The position numbers were made by a program, and so were the translations under genes. Positions 37,901 to 48,134 of a stretch of DNA of 60,484 nucleotides are shown here, piece after piece. This DNA is from an uncultured virus (IMG/VR IMGVR_UViG_3300020337_000002). Taxonomy: Duplodnaviria; Heunggongvirae; Uroviricota; Caudoviricetes. Under the pieces are notes generated by a model, which saw only the letters and a program-made list of their open reading frames with translations, was not told where the DNA came from and searched no databases. The stretch lies in the IMG/VR virus record IMGVR_UViG_3300020337_000002; one strand, 5' to 3'. Positions within the stretch are counted from its first letter, which is position 1, and every line of letters starts with the position of its first letter.

Positions 37901-40900
37901 ATGGCTTTAGTATCACCAGGAGTACAGGTTTCCGTAATAGACGAAAGTTTTTACACGCCGGCGGAACCAGGTACAGTACCAATGATTTTTGTTGTATCTG
38001 CTCAAGATAAAGTAAACGCATCTGGAACAGGAACAGCAACGGCAACAACAAGTGCGAATGCGGAAAAACCGTATTTAATAACTTCACAAAGAGAATTAGT
38101 AGAATTGTTCGGAGATCCAACTTTCTACACAGATACAAATAATAATGCGTTACATGGTAACGAGCTAAATGAATACGGATTACAAGCGGCCTACTCATAC
38201 TTGGGTGTGGCAAACAGAGCTTACGTAACTAGAGCAAACTTAAACACTTCAGAGTTGGTTGCAACTGCAACTGCTCCAGCGGCAAGTCCAGCAGACGGAA
38301 CATACTGGTTTGATACTGCTAATAGTGTATTTGGTATCTTTGAATGGAATTCAGCGGCGGCAACGACAACTGGTGGTCAGAGCTTTAGCAATAAGATTCC
38401 AACAGTAATTACAGATGCAACTAAGGTAACAGGCGGAACACCTAAAACTTCTGTTGGCGCAGTAGGTGACTATGCCATTGTTGCAACTACAACTTTAAAT
38501 AAATTTTTCTACAAAAACGCAAGTGGTACTTGGGTACAAGTAGGTTCAAGTGCATGGATTGGTTCATGGGCTACAGTAACAGGAACTGAAAGCAATCCAA
38601 CTATAACTGGTTCAGCTACAATGAGTTTAAACTCAACTGTTGTAACAGCAGGTGGTACAGCATTAAGTGATGTTGTAACAGCTATTGCTGGTGCAGGTAT
38701 TGCCGGTGTAAGTGCCGCAGTAGTTGATGGTAAATTAGAAATTTATTCAACAGGCGTTGATATTGTATTGGCAACTAACGCCTCTACACTATTAACAGAG
38801 ATTGGCTTAACAGCAGGAACTTACAAGGCTCCAGCATTAAGTATTGCTCCACACACATCAGTACCAGCTTACAAATCAACTGATACTGCTCCAAAACCAA
38901 CTGGATCACTTTGGATTAAGACTACAACTCCAAACTTAGGTGCTAACTGGAAAGTTAAGAAGTGGAACGCAACTACTAAATTATGGGAAACTGTAACTGC
39001 TCCAATTTACGCAACTAACCAAGCGGCGTTATACGGTTTAGATAAAACTGGTGGCGGTGTTAACTTGGCTGTTGGTGCATTATACATTAACTATAATAAT
39101 GCAGAAGCAACAGACGTAGTTGGTGACTTTAAAATTCACAGACGTGTAGCAACAGGTAATACTTCAATTACTTCAAGTATTATTGCGGCACAGGTAACAG
39201 CAGGAACTTACGCATTTAACATTCAAGAAACTTTAGTTAACAATGCGGCATTACAGGCTGACAAAACTATTAGTGTAACAACTACTGGTGCGTCAAGTGA
39301 TGCAGATGTTATTGCAGGTGCTATTAATAGTGCAGGCTTTACAAACATTATTGCAAGTGTTGATGCAAGTAACAGAATTGTTATTTCACACAATGACGGT
39401 GGTGACTTTAGAATTAAAGACACAGGTGGCGTATTAGCATTAGCAGGATACTCTGCTTACGTTGATGCAAACTCAGGTACACCGAACTTATACACAGCAC
39501 CAACAGGTGATACAGCACATGACCTTGTTGCAAGTAACTGGCAAGTATTAACTTATACTGCAAGTGCAACGGCTGTAACAGCATTAACAACTGACAAAAC
39601 TTTATGGTACAGTTCAATTGTTGACGAAGTAGACATCATGATACACAATGGTACTACTTGGGTAGGTTATCAAGATTCAACTGCTCCATACTATGCGGCA
39701 AGTGATAGTGATAAAACAGATCCAAAAGGTCCAATCGTAAGTGCTACAGAGCCAACTTTACAATCAGATGGTACTGCACTTAAAAACGGTGACTTGTGGA
39801 TTTCAACAGCAGACTTAGAAAACTATCCTAAGATCTACAAATACAACGGTACTACATTACTTTGGGTACTAGTTGATAATTCAGATCAAACTACAGAAGA
39901 TGGTATTGAGTTTGCAGATGCAAGATACAATACAGCAGGTTCTAATAGTGCAACAGCAGGAACTATTGAAGCACTATTAAGTTCAAACTTCTTAGACCCA
40001 GATGCTCCAGATCCAGCACTATATCCAAAAGGTATGTTGTTATGGAACTTAAGACGTTCTGGATTTAACGTTAAGAAATTTGTTAGAAACAGCATTAACA
40101 CAGCAGGTAACAATGCTAGATTTAATAACAACGAATCAATGGCAGGATACTACTCACACAGATGGGTAACTGAATCAGCTAACCAGGCAAATGGTGCAGG
40201 TTCATTTGGTAGAAAAGCTCAAAGAAAAGTTGTTGTTCAAGCATTACAGGCAATGGTTAACGGAAACCAAGAGGTTAGAGATGATCAATCAAGAATCTTT
40301 AACTTAATGGCTTGTCCAGGTTACTCAGAGCTAATTGGTGAAATGGTAACACTAAACACAGACAGAGGCTTAACAGCATTTGTTGTTGGTGACCTTCCAT
40401 TTAGATTACCAAGTGATGCAACTTCAATTAATAACTATGCAACAAACGTTAACCTAGCAGTTGAAGATAATGATGACGGACTTGTAACAAGCGATGAATA
40501 CATGGGTACTTTTTATCCAAGTTTATTCTCAAGCGATAATGCAGGTAAGAACATTGTTGTTCCAGCGTCACATGGTATACTTAGAACTATAGCATTAAGT
40601 GATAGTGTTTCGTTTCCATGGTTTGCTCCAGCAGGAACAAGACGTGGTGGAATAACTAACGCCTCAAGTGCAGGTTACATTAGTAGCGAAGGTGAATTTA
40701 AAGCAGTAGCATTGAACACAGGACAACGTGATACATTGTACAGCAATAAAATTAACCCAATTACGTTCTTAACAGGTGCAGGACTTGTAAACTACGGACA
40801 AAAAACTAGAGCCAAGAATGCTAGTGCGTTAGACAGAATTAACGTTGCTAGACTAGTTGTTTATCTAAGAGGACAGTTAGACAAACTTGCTAAACCTTAT

Positions 40901-41149
40901 ATCTTTGAACCAAACGATAAGATTACTAGAGATGAGATAAAAGCTCAAGCTGATAGCTTATTACTAGAGTTAGTTGGACAAAGAGCATTATATGACTTCT
41001 TAGTTGTATGTGATGAATCAAACAACACACCAACAAGAATTGATAGAAATGAACTTTATTTGGATATAGCGATTGAGCCGGTTAAAGCAGTTGAGTTTAT
41101 TTACATTCCGTTAAGACTTAAAAACACAGGTGAAATAGCATCGCTTTAA
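37901..41149 (+). CDS. gp18: Contractile tail sheath protein (gp18-like), unusually long
   Basis: MALVSPGVQV, PWFAPAGTRRG, RDTLYSNKINPI, GQKT, ALDRINVARL, FEPND, VVCDESNNTP, IEPVKAVEFIY; AGGAG SD fixes the start at 37901. Confidence 0.95.
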   Translation: MALVSPGVQVSVIDESFYTPAEPGTVPMIFVVSAQDKVNASGTGTATATTSANAEKPYLITSQRELVELFGDPTFYTDTNNNALHGNELNEYGLQAAYSYLGVANRAYVTRANLNTSELVATATAPAASPADGTYWFDTANSVFGIFEWNSAAATTTGGQSFSNKIPTVITDATKVTGGTPKTSVGAVGDYAIVATTTLNKFFYKNASGTWVQVGSSAWIGSWATVTGTESNPTITGSATMSLNSTVVTAGGTALSDVVTAIAGAGIAGVSAAVVDGKLEIYSTGVDIVLATNASTLLTEIGLTAGTYKAPALSIAPHTSVPAYKSTDTAPKPTGSLWIKTTTPNLGANWKVKKWNATTKLWETVTAPIYATNQAALYGLDKTGGGVNLAVGALYINYNNAEATDVVGDFKIHRRVATGNTSITSSIIAAQVTAGTYAFNIQETLVNNAALQADKTISVTTTGASSDADVIAGAINSAGFTNIIASVDASNRIVISHNDGGDFRIKDTGGVLALAGYSAYVDANSGTPNLYTAPTGDTAHDLVASNWQVLTYTASATAVTALTTDKTLWYSSIVDEVDIMIHNGTTWVGYQDSTAPYYAASDSDKTDPKGPIVSATEPTLQSDGTALKNGDLWISTADLENYPKIYKYNGTTLLWVLVDNSDQTTEDGIEFADARYNTAGSNSATAGTIEALLSSNFLDPDAPDPALYPKGMLLWNLRRSGFNVKKFVRNSINTAGNNARFNNNESMAGYYSHRWVTESANQANGAGSFGRKAQRKVVVQALQAMVNGNQEVRDDQSRIFNLMACPGYSELIGEMVTLNTDRGLTAFVVGDLPFRLPSDATSINNYATNVNLAVEDNDDGLVTSDEYMGTFYPSLFSSDNAGKNIVVPASHGILRTIALSDSVSFPWFAPAGTRRGGITNASSAGYISSEGEFKAVALNTGQRDTLYSNKINPITFLTGAGLVNYGQKTRAKNASALDRINVARLVVYLRGQLDKLAKPYIFEPNDKITRDEIKAQADSLLLELVGQRALYDFLVVCDESNNTPTRIDRNELYLDIAIEPVKAVEFIYIPLRLKNTGEIASL

Positions 41150-41182
41150 AAGGATAAATATATTTAACAGGAGATATTAACA

Positions 41183-41812
41183 ATGGCAATTTCAACATTA
41201 AGCAAAATTACAGTCCCATTAGATTCTAGTTCGTCTAGTTCTAATCAGGGCTTGTTGATGCCGAAACTCCAGTATCGCTTTAGAGTGAGCTTAGAGAATT
41301 TCGGAGTATCAACACCAACTACAGAGTTAACAAAACAGGTTGTTGACGTAACAAGACCAAACGTAAGTTTTGAAGACATCCAAGTTGATGTATACAACTC
41401 AAGAGTATTCCTTGCAGGAAAACATACTTGGGAACCTATTACATTAAACTTAAGAGAAGATGTATCAAACAACGTACAGAAACTTGTTGGTGAACAACTA
41501 CAGAAACAATTCGATTTCTTCGAACAGTCAAGTGCGGCATCAGGTAGCGATTACAAATTCGTTACAAGAATTGAAATACTAGACGGTGGTAACGGAATCA
41601 ATACTGCAAACGTATTAGAAACATTTGAATTATACGGTTGTTATTTACAAAGTGCTAACTATAATACATTAGCATACGCAACAAACGATCCAGTAACAGT
41701 TGCATTAGCAATTAGATACGACAACGCAATCCAAACACCACAAGGAACAGGTGTAGGAACAGCAGTTGGACGAACTGTAAATACTTTAATTACAGGCGGC
41801 GGATCTACATAA
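41183..41812 (+). CDS. gp19: Tail tube protein (gp19-like)
   Basis: Follows the sheath; LMPKLQYRFRV, AGKHTWEPITL; GATAAATA at 41153-41160. Confidence 0.85.
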   Translation: MAISTLSKITVPLDSSSSSSNQGLLMPKLQYRFRVSLENFGVSTPTTELTKQVVDVTRPNVSFEDIQVDVYNSRVFLAGKHTWEPITLNLREDVSNNVQKLVGEQLQKQFDFFEQSSAASGSDYKFVTRIEILDGGNGINTANVLETFELYGCYLQSANYNTLAYATNDPVTVALAIRYDNAIQTPQGTGVGTAVGRTVNTLITGGGST

Positions 41813-41840
41813 GATTAAAAGTAATATTTCCTGAATATAT

Positions 41841-41871
41841 AAAGGGTGTCTTTTTAGGCACCCTTTTTTTT
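41841..41871 (+). terminator. Rho-independent terminator
   Basis: GGGTGTCT-TTTT-AGGCACCC stem-loop followed by a T8 tract. Confidence 0.85.
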
Positions 41872-41905
41872 ATCTGCGTACTTAATTATATTGATAAATA
41901 TTAGT

Positions 41906-43279
41906 ATGGCAAACAAACTTAATGGATTTCTGGATAATGTAGTTAGTGGTGCTTTAAGCCCAAAGGGTAACCTGGGTGACTTTGCACACGCGGCTAGACT
42001 GTATGTAGATGATGCACACAGATTATCCCCTAAACACAAATTTTTATATCACGTAAGTTTTAACTTAAACCCTAAAGCGGTTGCAGTTATTCCTCAGTTA
42101 AAAACTCAGGAACTTAATATGCTTGTTAAAAGTGTTGACTTACCTAAGTACTCAATTAGTACAACACTAAAACATCAATACAATAAAAAAGCAAACTTAC
42201 AAACAAGATTAGACTATGACCCTATCAACATAGTGTTCCATGATGATAACTATGGCTCAACTACAACTTTGTGGGAAGCCTACTATAGATATTATTATAG
42301 AGATGGAAACTATGCGGCACCAGTTGGAGCAACTACTCCTAATGAAACAAGCGCCGCATATATGAGAAGTAACACATACGGTAACGAAAAACATAACTCT
42401 TATAGATACGGATTTGACAACGATAGTCATGAACACTTTTTTAGAAGTATACAAATTTACCAAATGGCAAGAAAAAGGTATACTTGTTTTACATTAGTAA
42501 ATCCCATCATTAGTGAATGGGGTCATGATACTATGGAAAATAGTTCTAGTGATGCAGTACAAAATACAATGCAGATTCAATATGAAACTGTTTGGTATGC
42601 AAGAGGTGGAGTAACTGAAGGAGCGTCACCTAAGTCATTTGGACAGGCCAGTGGACACTATGATAGTATGCCATCACCTAATTCATTAGCAGGTGGAGGA
42701 GCAACTAACTTATTTGGTCAAGGTGGTGTAGCCGCAGGTGCGGCAGATATCTTTGGAGACATTACAAGTGGACAAGCATTTAGTTCTCCATCAAGTTTCT
42801 TAGGAACAGTTTTAAAAACAACAAGTGTATTAGGTAATGCAAAAAATTTATCTAAGGACGGATTAAGACAAGAAGGCTTTGGTATATTAAAAGATCAAAT
42901 TGGATCAGCGGCTGGCATAGATGTTAGTGGTGTAGCCAATACAGCATTTCCTAAGACAGCAAGTCTAGGTAGCCTTGGTGATATTACAAAAGCTGTGGCA
43001 GGTGTTGCCGGAGCAAGTGCAGTTATGAAAGCAGTAAGCGGAGATAAACCTCTAGGATCTATAAGTACTTTCTTAGCTAGTAATCCAGGTGCATTAGATA
43101 ACTTAACTAAATCAACAACATTTAAAAAGCAACATCTCAGAGATGGTGGCGCCGCAAGTCCAAATGCTATAACTACTGCATGGAACAATATAAGTAGTGG
43201 AGCCAAGAGTGCTTATAATAATTTAACAAGTCAAAATTTAAAAACCCACAGTAAAAGTGGGAACGTGGACTGGACATAA
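41906..43279 (+). CDS. Tail-tube-related baseplate/initiator protein (gp19/gp48/gp54-like fold)
   Basis: LVKSVDLPKY...QYN...YDPINIVFHDD tube-like N-terminal domain; GATAAATA at 41893-41900 is 5 nt before ATG 41906. Confidence 0.55.
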   Translation: MANKLNGFLDNVVSGALSPKGNLGDFAHAARLYVDDAHRLSPKHKFLYHVSFNLNPKAVAVIPQLKTQELNMLVKSVDLPKYSISTTLKHQYNKKANLQTRLDYDPINIVFHDDNYGSTTTLWEAYYRYYYRDGNYAAPVGATTPNETSAAYMRSNTYGNEKHNSYRYGFDNDSHEHFFRSIQIYQMARKRYTCFTLVNPIISEWGHDTMENSSSDAVQNTMQIQYETVWYARGGVTEGASPKSFGQASGHYDSMPSPNSLAGGGATNLFGQGGVAAGAADIFGDITSGQAFSSPSSFLGTVLKTTSVLGNAKNLSKDGLRQEGFGILKDQIGSAAGIDVSGVANTAFPKTASLGSLGDITKAVAGVAGASAVMKAVSGDKPLGSISTFLASNPGALDNLTKSTTFKKQHLRDGGAASPNAITTAWNNISSGAKSAYNNLTSQNLKTHSKSGNVDWT

Positions 43280-43641
43280 TGCCTAACTTACCTGCAGAAA
43301 TAAAAAACACACAACAAAAAGTTGCTAAATTCTTTAACGAATATTATTCAGCACCTTTAGAATTTCCATCAAACGAAGTTGATGCAGTAATAGGATTTTT
43401 TGAAAATAGAGGATTTGAAAAAACATCTGCGGCGACGATTGGTTCAGTATTAATGAGACAAGCAAAAATTGATGAAGTAAAAATATTTGAATTGCTTGAC
43501 ACATTAAAAGGATTTGATGAAGTACAACTTTCAAAAGTAGTAACAGAAGTTTTAAATTACAATAGGCAGAAGATGAGTTCTTTAGGCTATAAAATAGATC
43601 AATCTGATAGTAAATTAGAATCACGAAACATATTGGTGTAG
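43279..43641 (+). CDS. Hypothetical protein
   Basis: Coupled (TAATG) 120-aa ORF with genome-typical codon use. Confidence 0.6.
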   Translation: MPNLPAEIKNTQQKVAKFFNEYYSAPLEFPSNEVDAVIGFFENRGFEKTSAATIGSVLMRQAKIDEVKIFELLDTLKGFDEVQLSKVVTEVLNYNRQKMSSLGYKIDQSDSKLESRNILV

Positions 43642-43645
43642 TCCT

Positions 43646-44083
43646 ATGCCAAAGTTTGCACAAGGCAGATATACATTAAAGAATCCTACAAAGTATCTAG
43701 GAAACAAAACTCCATTATACAGATCAAGTTGGGAATTTGCATTTATGAAATTCTGTGATGAGTCACCTTCAGTAAGTAGATGGGCAAGTGAGGCAATAAA
43801 GATTCCATATAAAAATCCTTTGACAGGTAAGATGACAATATACGTTCCAGACTTTATGATACAGTATACTGATGCAAGAGGAAAGTCACACGCAGAACTT
43901 ATTGAAGTAAAACCTGAAAATCAAATGAAGTTAAAGGAAGTAGGCAGAGATAAATTTAGACAGGCACAATACGTGCAGAACGTAGCAAAGTGGGAAGCCG
44001 CGAGGGCGTGGTGTAAGAATAAAAAGATCTTTTTTAGAGTTATCACTGAGAAGGACATATTCCATCAGGGGAATAGAAAATGA
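43646..44083 (+). CDS. gp4: Head completion nuclease (T4 gp4-like, TnsA-N/PD-(D/E)xK fold)
   Basis: YRSSWE, WASE...IPY, YVPDF, IEVKP, AKWEAA, FRVITE. Confidence 0.88.
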   Translation: MPKFAQGRYTLKNPTKYLGNKTPLYRSSWEFAFMKFCDESPSVSRWASEAIKIPYKNPLTGKMTIYVPDFMIQYTDARGKSHAELIEVKPENQMKLKEVGRDKFRQAQYVQNVAKWEAARAWCKNKKIFFRVITEKDIFHQGNRK

Positions 44084-44089
44084 GGGTAA

Positions 44090-44326
44090 ATGGTAATCCA
44101 CGCATTCATGCTAGTCGTGGTTTTAGGAACAGGAGAAGATCGTAGGGAACAAAGAGACCCTATGTATTTTAGAAGTATAGACGTTTGTCAGTATTATGCT
44201 AAACGCATACCTAGGCAATACGGTAACTATAGTTACTCCTCGTATGTTGATCCTAAGGATAGGGTTACTGCATATTGCAAACCAATTAAAGTAGATGATA
44301 CCAAAGTGTTAGTTTACGATCATTAA
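44090..44326 (+). CDS. Small hypothetical protein
   Basis: 78 aa; hydrophobic N-terminus; YFRSIDVC...TAYCKP. Confidence 0.55.
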   Translation: MVIHAFMLVVVLGTGEDRREQRDPMYFRSIDVCQYYAKRIPRQYGNYSYSSYVDPKDRVTAYCKPIKVDDTKVLVYDH

Positions 44327-44364
44327 TTAAGCTAAATAATAGTAGCATATAATGGACAGTAATT

Positions 44365-44859
44365 ATGACCAAAAAACTTGAAGAACTATTAAACTTACCT
44401 GACTCTAAAGAGATTATAGATCAGGAAAAAGCTAAAGCTAAAACCAAAGAAAAAGCTGTAGTAGAACAAAAAGAAGATTTTCGCGACATAGCAGAATTGG
44501 ATAAGATCAATGCGGCACTACCACAGGTTAAGGGCTTGGGAGAAATGGCTGATACAGAACTAAATGATGTAGCAGATAAGGCCATGACAGCATATGAAGA
44601 CTTAATGGATTTGGGCATGAATGTTGAATCACGTTATAGTGGTCGTGTGTTTGAGGTTGCAGGACAAATGCTTAAGACTAACTTAGATGCCAAAACAGCC
44701 AAGCTACAGAACAAATTAAAGATGGTAGAACTGCAATTACGCAAAGAAAAGCAGGATAAAGACGGTGGTATTGACAGTGATTCGCTAGTAAATGGTGAAG
44801 GTTATGTAGTAACAGACCGTAATAGTTTACTTAATAAATTGAAAAACATGGATAAATAA
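44365..44859 (+). CDS. Terminase small subunit-like (gp16-like)
   Basis: Helical core AYEDLMDLGMNVESRYSGRVFEVAGQMLKT resembles the R.yEVagqlik segment of T4-like TerS; GCTAAATA promoter at 44331. Confidence 0.6.
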   Translation: MTKKLEELLNLPDSKEIIDQEKAKAKTKEKAVVEQKEDFRDIAELDKINAALPQVKGLGEMADTELNDVADKAMTAYEDLMDLGMNVESRYSGRVFEVAGQMLKTNLDAKTAKLQNKLKMVELQLRKEKQDKDGGIDSDSLVNGEGYVVTDRNSLLNKLKNMDK

Positions 44860-44876
44860 ACATATAAGGAAAAACA

Positions 44877-45443
44877 ATGAAGACGTTTGAAAAATATCTA
44901 ACAGAAGCAAAGAAGACTTACAAGTTTAAGTTTGGTATTGCAGGTGATTTACCAGAAGGTTTTGTTGACAGTTGCGAAAGCTGTTTACAAAAGTTTGGGC
45001 TAGTTAATATAACTCCGCCTAAGAAAACACCCATTCAAGAACGTCCATTAGATTTTCCTAAATTACAAAACGTAGAAACTCATTACTTTGAAGTTGAGCT
45101 TTCTTACCCAACTACGGCACAGATACTAGGAGAATACATTTCACAAGTAACAAATGTTGATCCAGCTTATATTTGTTTACGTGATGCAGAAGCACCACAA
45201 GAAGAATATCAAGATAAAGAGTATGTTAAAATTTATGAGCCTAAGTTAGGCACAGAAATGGAATCAGCTGATCCTGAAGCACAGAAAAAGGTTGGAGACA
45301 ATCGTGTGATGGATTTACTTAAAGAGCTTGAAGGTGTTCGTAAGGAAAGAGAAAACGATCCAGGACAATCAAACGTAGCTGATAAAGAACAAAAACATGA
45401 TATGGGTGAACAAGGTAAAACTAGTCCAGTAGGGAGCAAATAA
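44877..45443 (+). CDS. Probable internal head protein
   Basis: N-terminus MKTFEKYLTE-A resembles the T4 capsid-targeting leader MKTYQEFIAE ending in a prohead-protease site; GATAAATA at 44851. Confidence 0.55.
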   Translation: MKTFEKYLTEAKKTYKFKFGIAGDLPEGFVDSCESCLQKFGLVNITPPKKTPIQERPLDFPKLQNVETHYFEVELSYPTTAQILGEYISQVTNVDPAYICLRDAEAPQEEYQDKEYVKIYEPKLGTEMESADPEAQKKVGDNRVMDLLKELEGVRKERENDPGQSNVADKEQKHDMGEQGKTSPVGSK

Positions 45444-46090
45444 TGAAATTGAAAGACATTTATAAAAAAATTGATTCATTAAATGAAGCTGTTAATATGA
45501 GCATTTCGATGTCAGGCGAAACTGCTGATGATGTAGCAACATTAATGAAGATGGTAAAAGACGCAGGTGGCAAGCCAGAGATAATGGCACCAATGGGTCC
45601 TAAGATGTCACCAAGAGATGATATCGAAAAAAGTTTAAAGGTAATGGATTTACCACCAATGCCAAAAGAAATGCCAAAGGGTATGCCAGACATGGAACCA
45701 GGTTGCGAAGACGAAGTTGCTAAAGAAGGCGACTGGGATAACGCACCAGATGAAAAATATCAAGACACAGCTTATATGCAAAACGATTTAGCAGGTGGAT
45801 TAAATAGACAGAAAAAATCTTATCCAAAAGTAGCAGGCGGAGATAATCCAATGGCACTTGAAGATGAAATTAAGTCTGAGCTTAAATCTAGACTAGAAGC
45901 TATGATGGCAGTTAAAGACGAAGTAACTGAAGCAGAAGATAAAGATTTTGACGAATCAGGTTGTGTAGGCGAAATGAAAAAACTTAACAACAGTGGTTGT
46001 ACAAAAGAAGAAATGAAGAAAAAAATAACTGCTGAATACGATTGCGATAGTAAAAAGTTTGAAAAACTATACGCAAGTCATTGCGGTTAA
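45443..46090 (+). CDS. Acidic, Met/Pro-rich probable head/core protein
   Basis: LNE-A and VTE-A putative gp21-type cleavage sites; low complexity. Confidence 0.5.
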   Translation: MKLKDIYKKIDSLNEAVNMSISMSGETADDVATLMKMVKDAGGKPEIMAPMGPKMSPRDDIEKSLKVMDLPPMPKEMPKGMPDMEPGCEDEVAKEGDWDNAPDEKYQDTAYMQNDLAGGLNRQKKSYPKVAGGDNPMALEDEIKSELKSRLEAMMAVKDEVTEAEDKDFDESGCVGEMKKLNNSGCTKEEMKKKITAEYDCDSKKFEKLYASHCG

Positions 46091-46103
46091 TAAGGAGAGA
46101 TAG

Positions 46104-46460
46104 ATGGCAGGAGTAACAAGAGTAAACGGATTAAATGCAACAGCTGGAACGATACATTCAGAAAGTTGTAAAGCATTTTTAATTACCGTACAAAACGCCT
46201 CGAACGCAGATATCGATCTTAGAGCAGAGGACGATGCAGTTGATGAAGCAGTAGAGATGATTTTAAAAGAAGTTAATCCTTTGATGTTTTCTGTTAAAGA
46301 TAACAACTCAGGTGAAATTCATATTGTCACAGATGTAAATTTATCAGCGGCAGACATCCAATCAAGAATTAGAAATCTAGGAACAGCAGTAGGACCTAAT
46401 AACATTGATGTTACAGGTTCTGACGTTGCTGAAGCAACTGCAATAACAATAGCAGGCTAA
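46104..46460 (+). CDS. Small virion protein
   Basis: AAGGAG SD; MAGVTRVNG start; followed by a terminator. Confidence 0.55.
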   Translation: MAGVTRVNGLNATAGTIHSESCKAFLITVQNASNADIDLRAEDDAVDEAVEMILKEVNPLMFSVKDNNSGEIHIVTDVNLSAADIQSRIRNLGTAVGPNNIDVTGSDVAEATAITIAG

Positions 46461-46491
46461 TTTAACTAATTTCCTCCCAATTAGTAAAACC

Positions 46492-46516
46492 AAATAGGGC
46501 TTTCGAGCCCTATTTT
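46492..46516 (+). terminator. Rho-independent terminator with UUCG loop
   Basis: AAATAGGGCT-TTCG-AGCCCTATTTT. Confidence 0.85.
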
Positions 46517-46520
46517 CACC

Positions 46521-46528
46521 TATAAATA
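46521..46528 (+). promoter_or_regulatory. Late promoter TATAAATA (probably leaderless terL transcript)
   Basis: Perfect match 5 nt before ATG 46534; no SD. Confidence 0.8.
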
Positions 46529-46533
46529 CTAGT

Positions 46534-48126
46534 ATGGCAACTACAAAAAGTCTAGACGGTGTTCTTACTAAAAAAGCACACCAACGTGAAAAGTTTGATG
46601 AAGCAGGAATTGAAGAACTAAAAAAATGTATAGATCCTGATTCAGGGTATCTATATTTTTGTCAAAAGTTTTTTCATATACAACACCCTGTTGACGGAAA
46701 GGTTATGTTTGATCCTTTTGGTTATCAAGAACGACTATTAGAAAGTTATCACAATCATAGATTTAATATTAATATGTTGCCAAGACAAAGTGGCAAGACA
46801 ACTACTGCCGCGGCATACTTATTATGGTATGCTATGTTTCATCCAGATCAAACAATACTAATTGCCGCACACAAATACACAGGTGCTCAAGAAATTATGC
46901 AACGTATTAGATACGGATATGAATTATGTCCTGATACTATTAGAGCAGGTGTAACAAACTACAATAAAGGTAGTATGGAGTTTGAGAATGGTAGTAGAAT
47001 TGTTAGTGCTACTACAACAGGTAACACAGGAAGAGGTATGTCAATATCTTTACTATACTGTGATGAGTTTGCGTTTGTTAATCCAAGTATTGCAGATGAA
47101 TTTTGGACTTCGATATCTCCAACACTAGCAACAGGTGGTCGTGCAATTATTACAAGTACACCTAACTCAGATGAAGATACGTTTGCTATCATATGGAAAG
47201 AATCACAAAACAAGTTTGACGAAGAAGGCAACGAACAAGAAATAGGTGTAAACGGTTTCCATGGCTTTACTGCTAAATGGGACGAGCATCCAGACAGAGA
47301 TGAAGAGTGGGCTAAGGTAGAAGTAGGTAGAATTGGTGAAGAAAGATTTAGACGTGAGTACGGTTGTGAATTCTTAGTTTACGATGAAACACTTATTAAC
47401 AGTATAAAACTTTCTAGCTTAGAAGGAATTGATCCAGTGATGAACATGGGTCAAACACGTTGGTACGGAAAGCCAACAGGTGACAAGACTTATGTTATTG
47501 CACTTGACCCTGCTATGGGTACAGGAGGTGACTATGCCGCAATACAGATATTTGAATTACCCACATACAAACAGATAGGTGAGTGGAGGCACAATACCAC
47601 AGCCATACCTGCACAGATAAGAATACTAAAAGACATCGCAAACTACATAAAAGAATGTTGTCAAAATGATGGAGCAAACATATACTGGTCAGTGGAGAAT
47701 AACAGCATCGGAGAAGGTGCATTGATAGTTATTAGAGACATGGGAGAAGAGAATATACCAGGTATGTGCGTATCAGAACCTATTAGAAAAGGCCATGTAC
47801 GTAAGTTTAGAAAAGGATTTAATACAACTCACAGTACTAAAATTAGTGCTTGTACACGTTTAAAGAACATGGTTGAAAATGATAAGCTAACAATAAACAG
47901 CAAAGTATTAGTAAGTGAGCTAAAGGCCTTTGTTGCTAGTGGTAGTAGTTTCAAAGCAAAACCAGGTGAAAATGACGATCTAGTAAGTGCTTGTCTATTG
48001 AGTATGCGTATTATGGCAGTACTAAAGGATTGGGATCCTAGAGTGTATGAAACCTTCAATCAAGCCGACACAGGTGACGATCAAACTCCACCCATGCCTA
48101 TATTTGTTTCAACAAACATAAGATAA
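46534..48126 (+). CDS. gp17: Terminase large subunit (gp17)
   Basis: Walker A PRQSGKTT, Walker B LLYCDEFAF, TSTPN, nuclease IALDPAMGTGGDY and DDLV. Confidence 0.95.
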   Translation: MATTKSLDGVLTKKAHQREKFDEAGIEELKKCIDPDSGYLYFCQKFFHIQHPVDGKVMFDPFGYQERLLESYHNHRFNINMLPRQSGKTTTAAAYLLWYAMFHPDQTILIAAHKYTGAQEIMQRIRYGYELCPDTIRAGVTNYNKGSMEFENGSRIVSATTTGNTGRGMSISLLYCDEFAFVNPSIADEFWTSISPTLATGGRAIITSTPNSDEDTFAIIWKESQNKFDEEGNEQEIGVNGFHGFTAKWDEHPDRDEEWAKVEVGRIGEERFRREYGCEFLVYDETLINSIKLSSLEGIDPVMNMGQTRWYGKPTGDKTYVIALDPAMGTGGDYAAIQIFELPTYKQIGEWRHNTTAIPAQIRILKDIANYIKECCQNDGANIYWSVENNSIGEGALIVIRDMGEENIPGMCVSEPIRKGHVRKFRKGFNTTHSTKISACTRLKNMVENDKLTINSKVLVSELKAFVASGSSFKAKPGENDDLVSACLLSMRIMAVLKDWDPRVYETFNQADTGDDQTPPMPIFVSTNIR

Positions 48127-48134
48127 ATAGTTAT

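Noticed and set aside
43646..44083. TnsA-like transposase suggesting a mobile element
   Set aside because: Motifs and context fit the T4 gp4 head completion protein; no other transposon genes or ends
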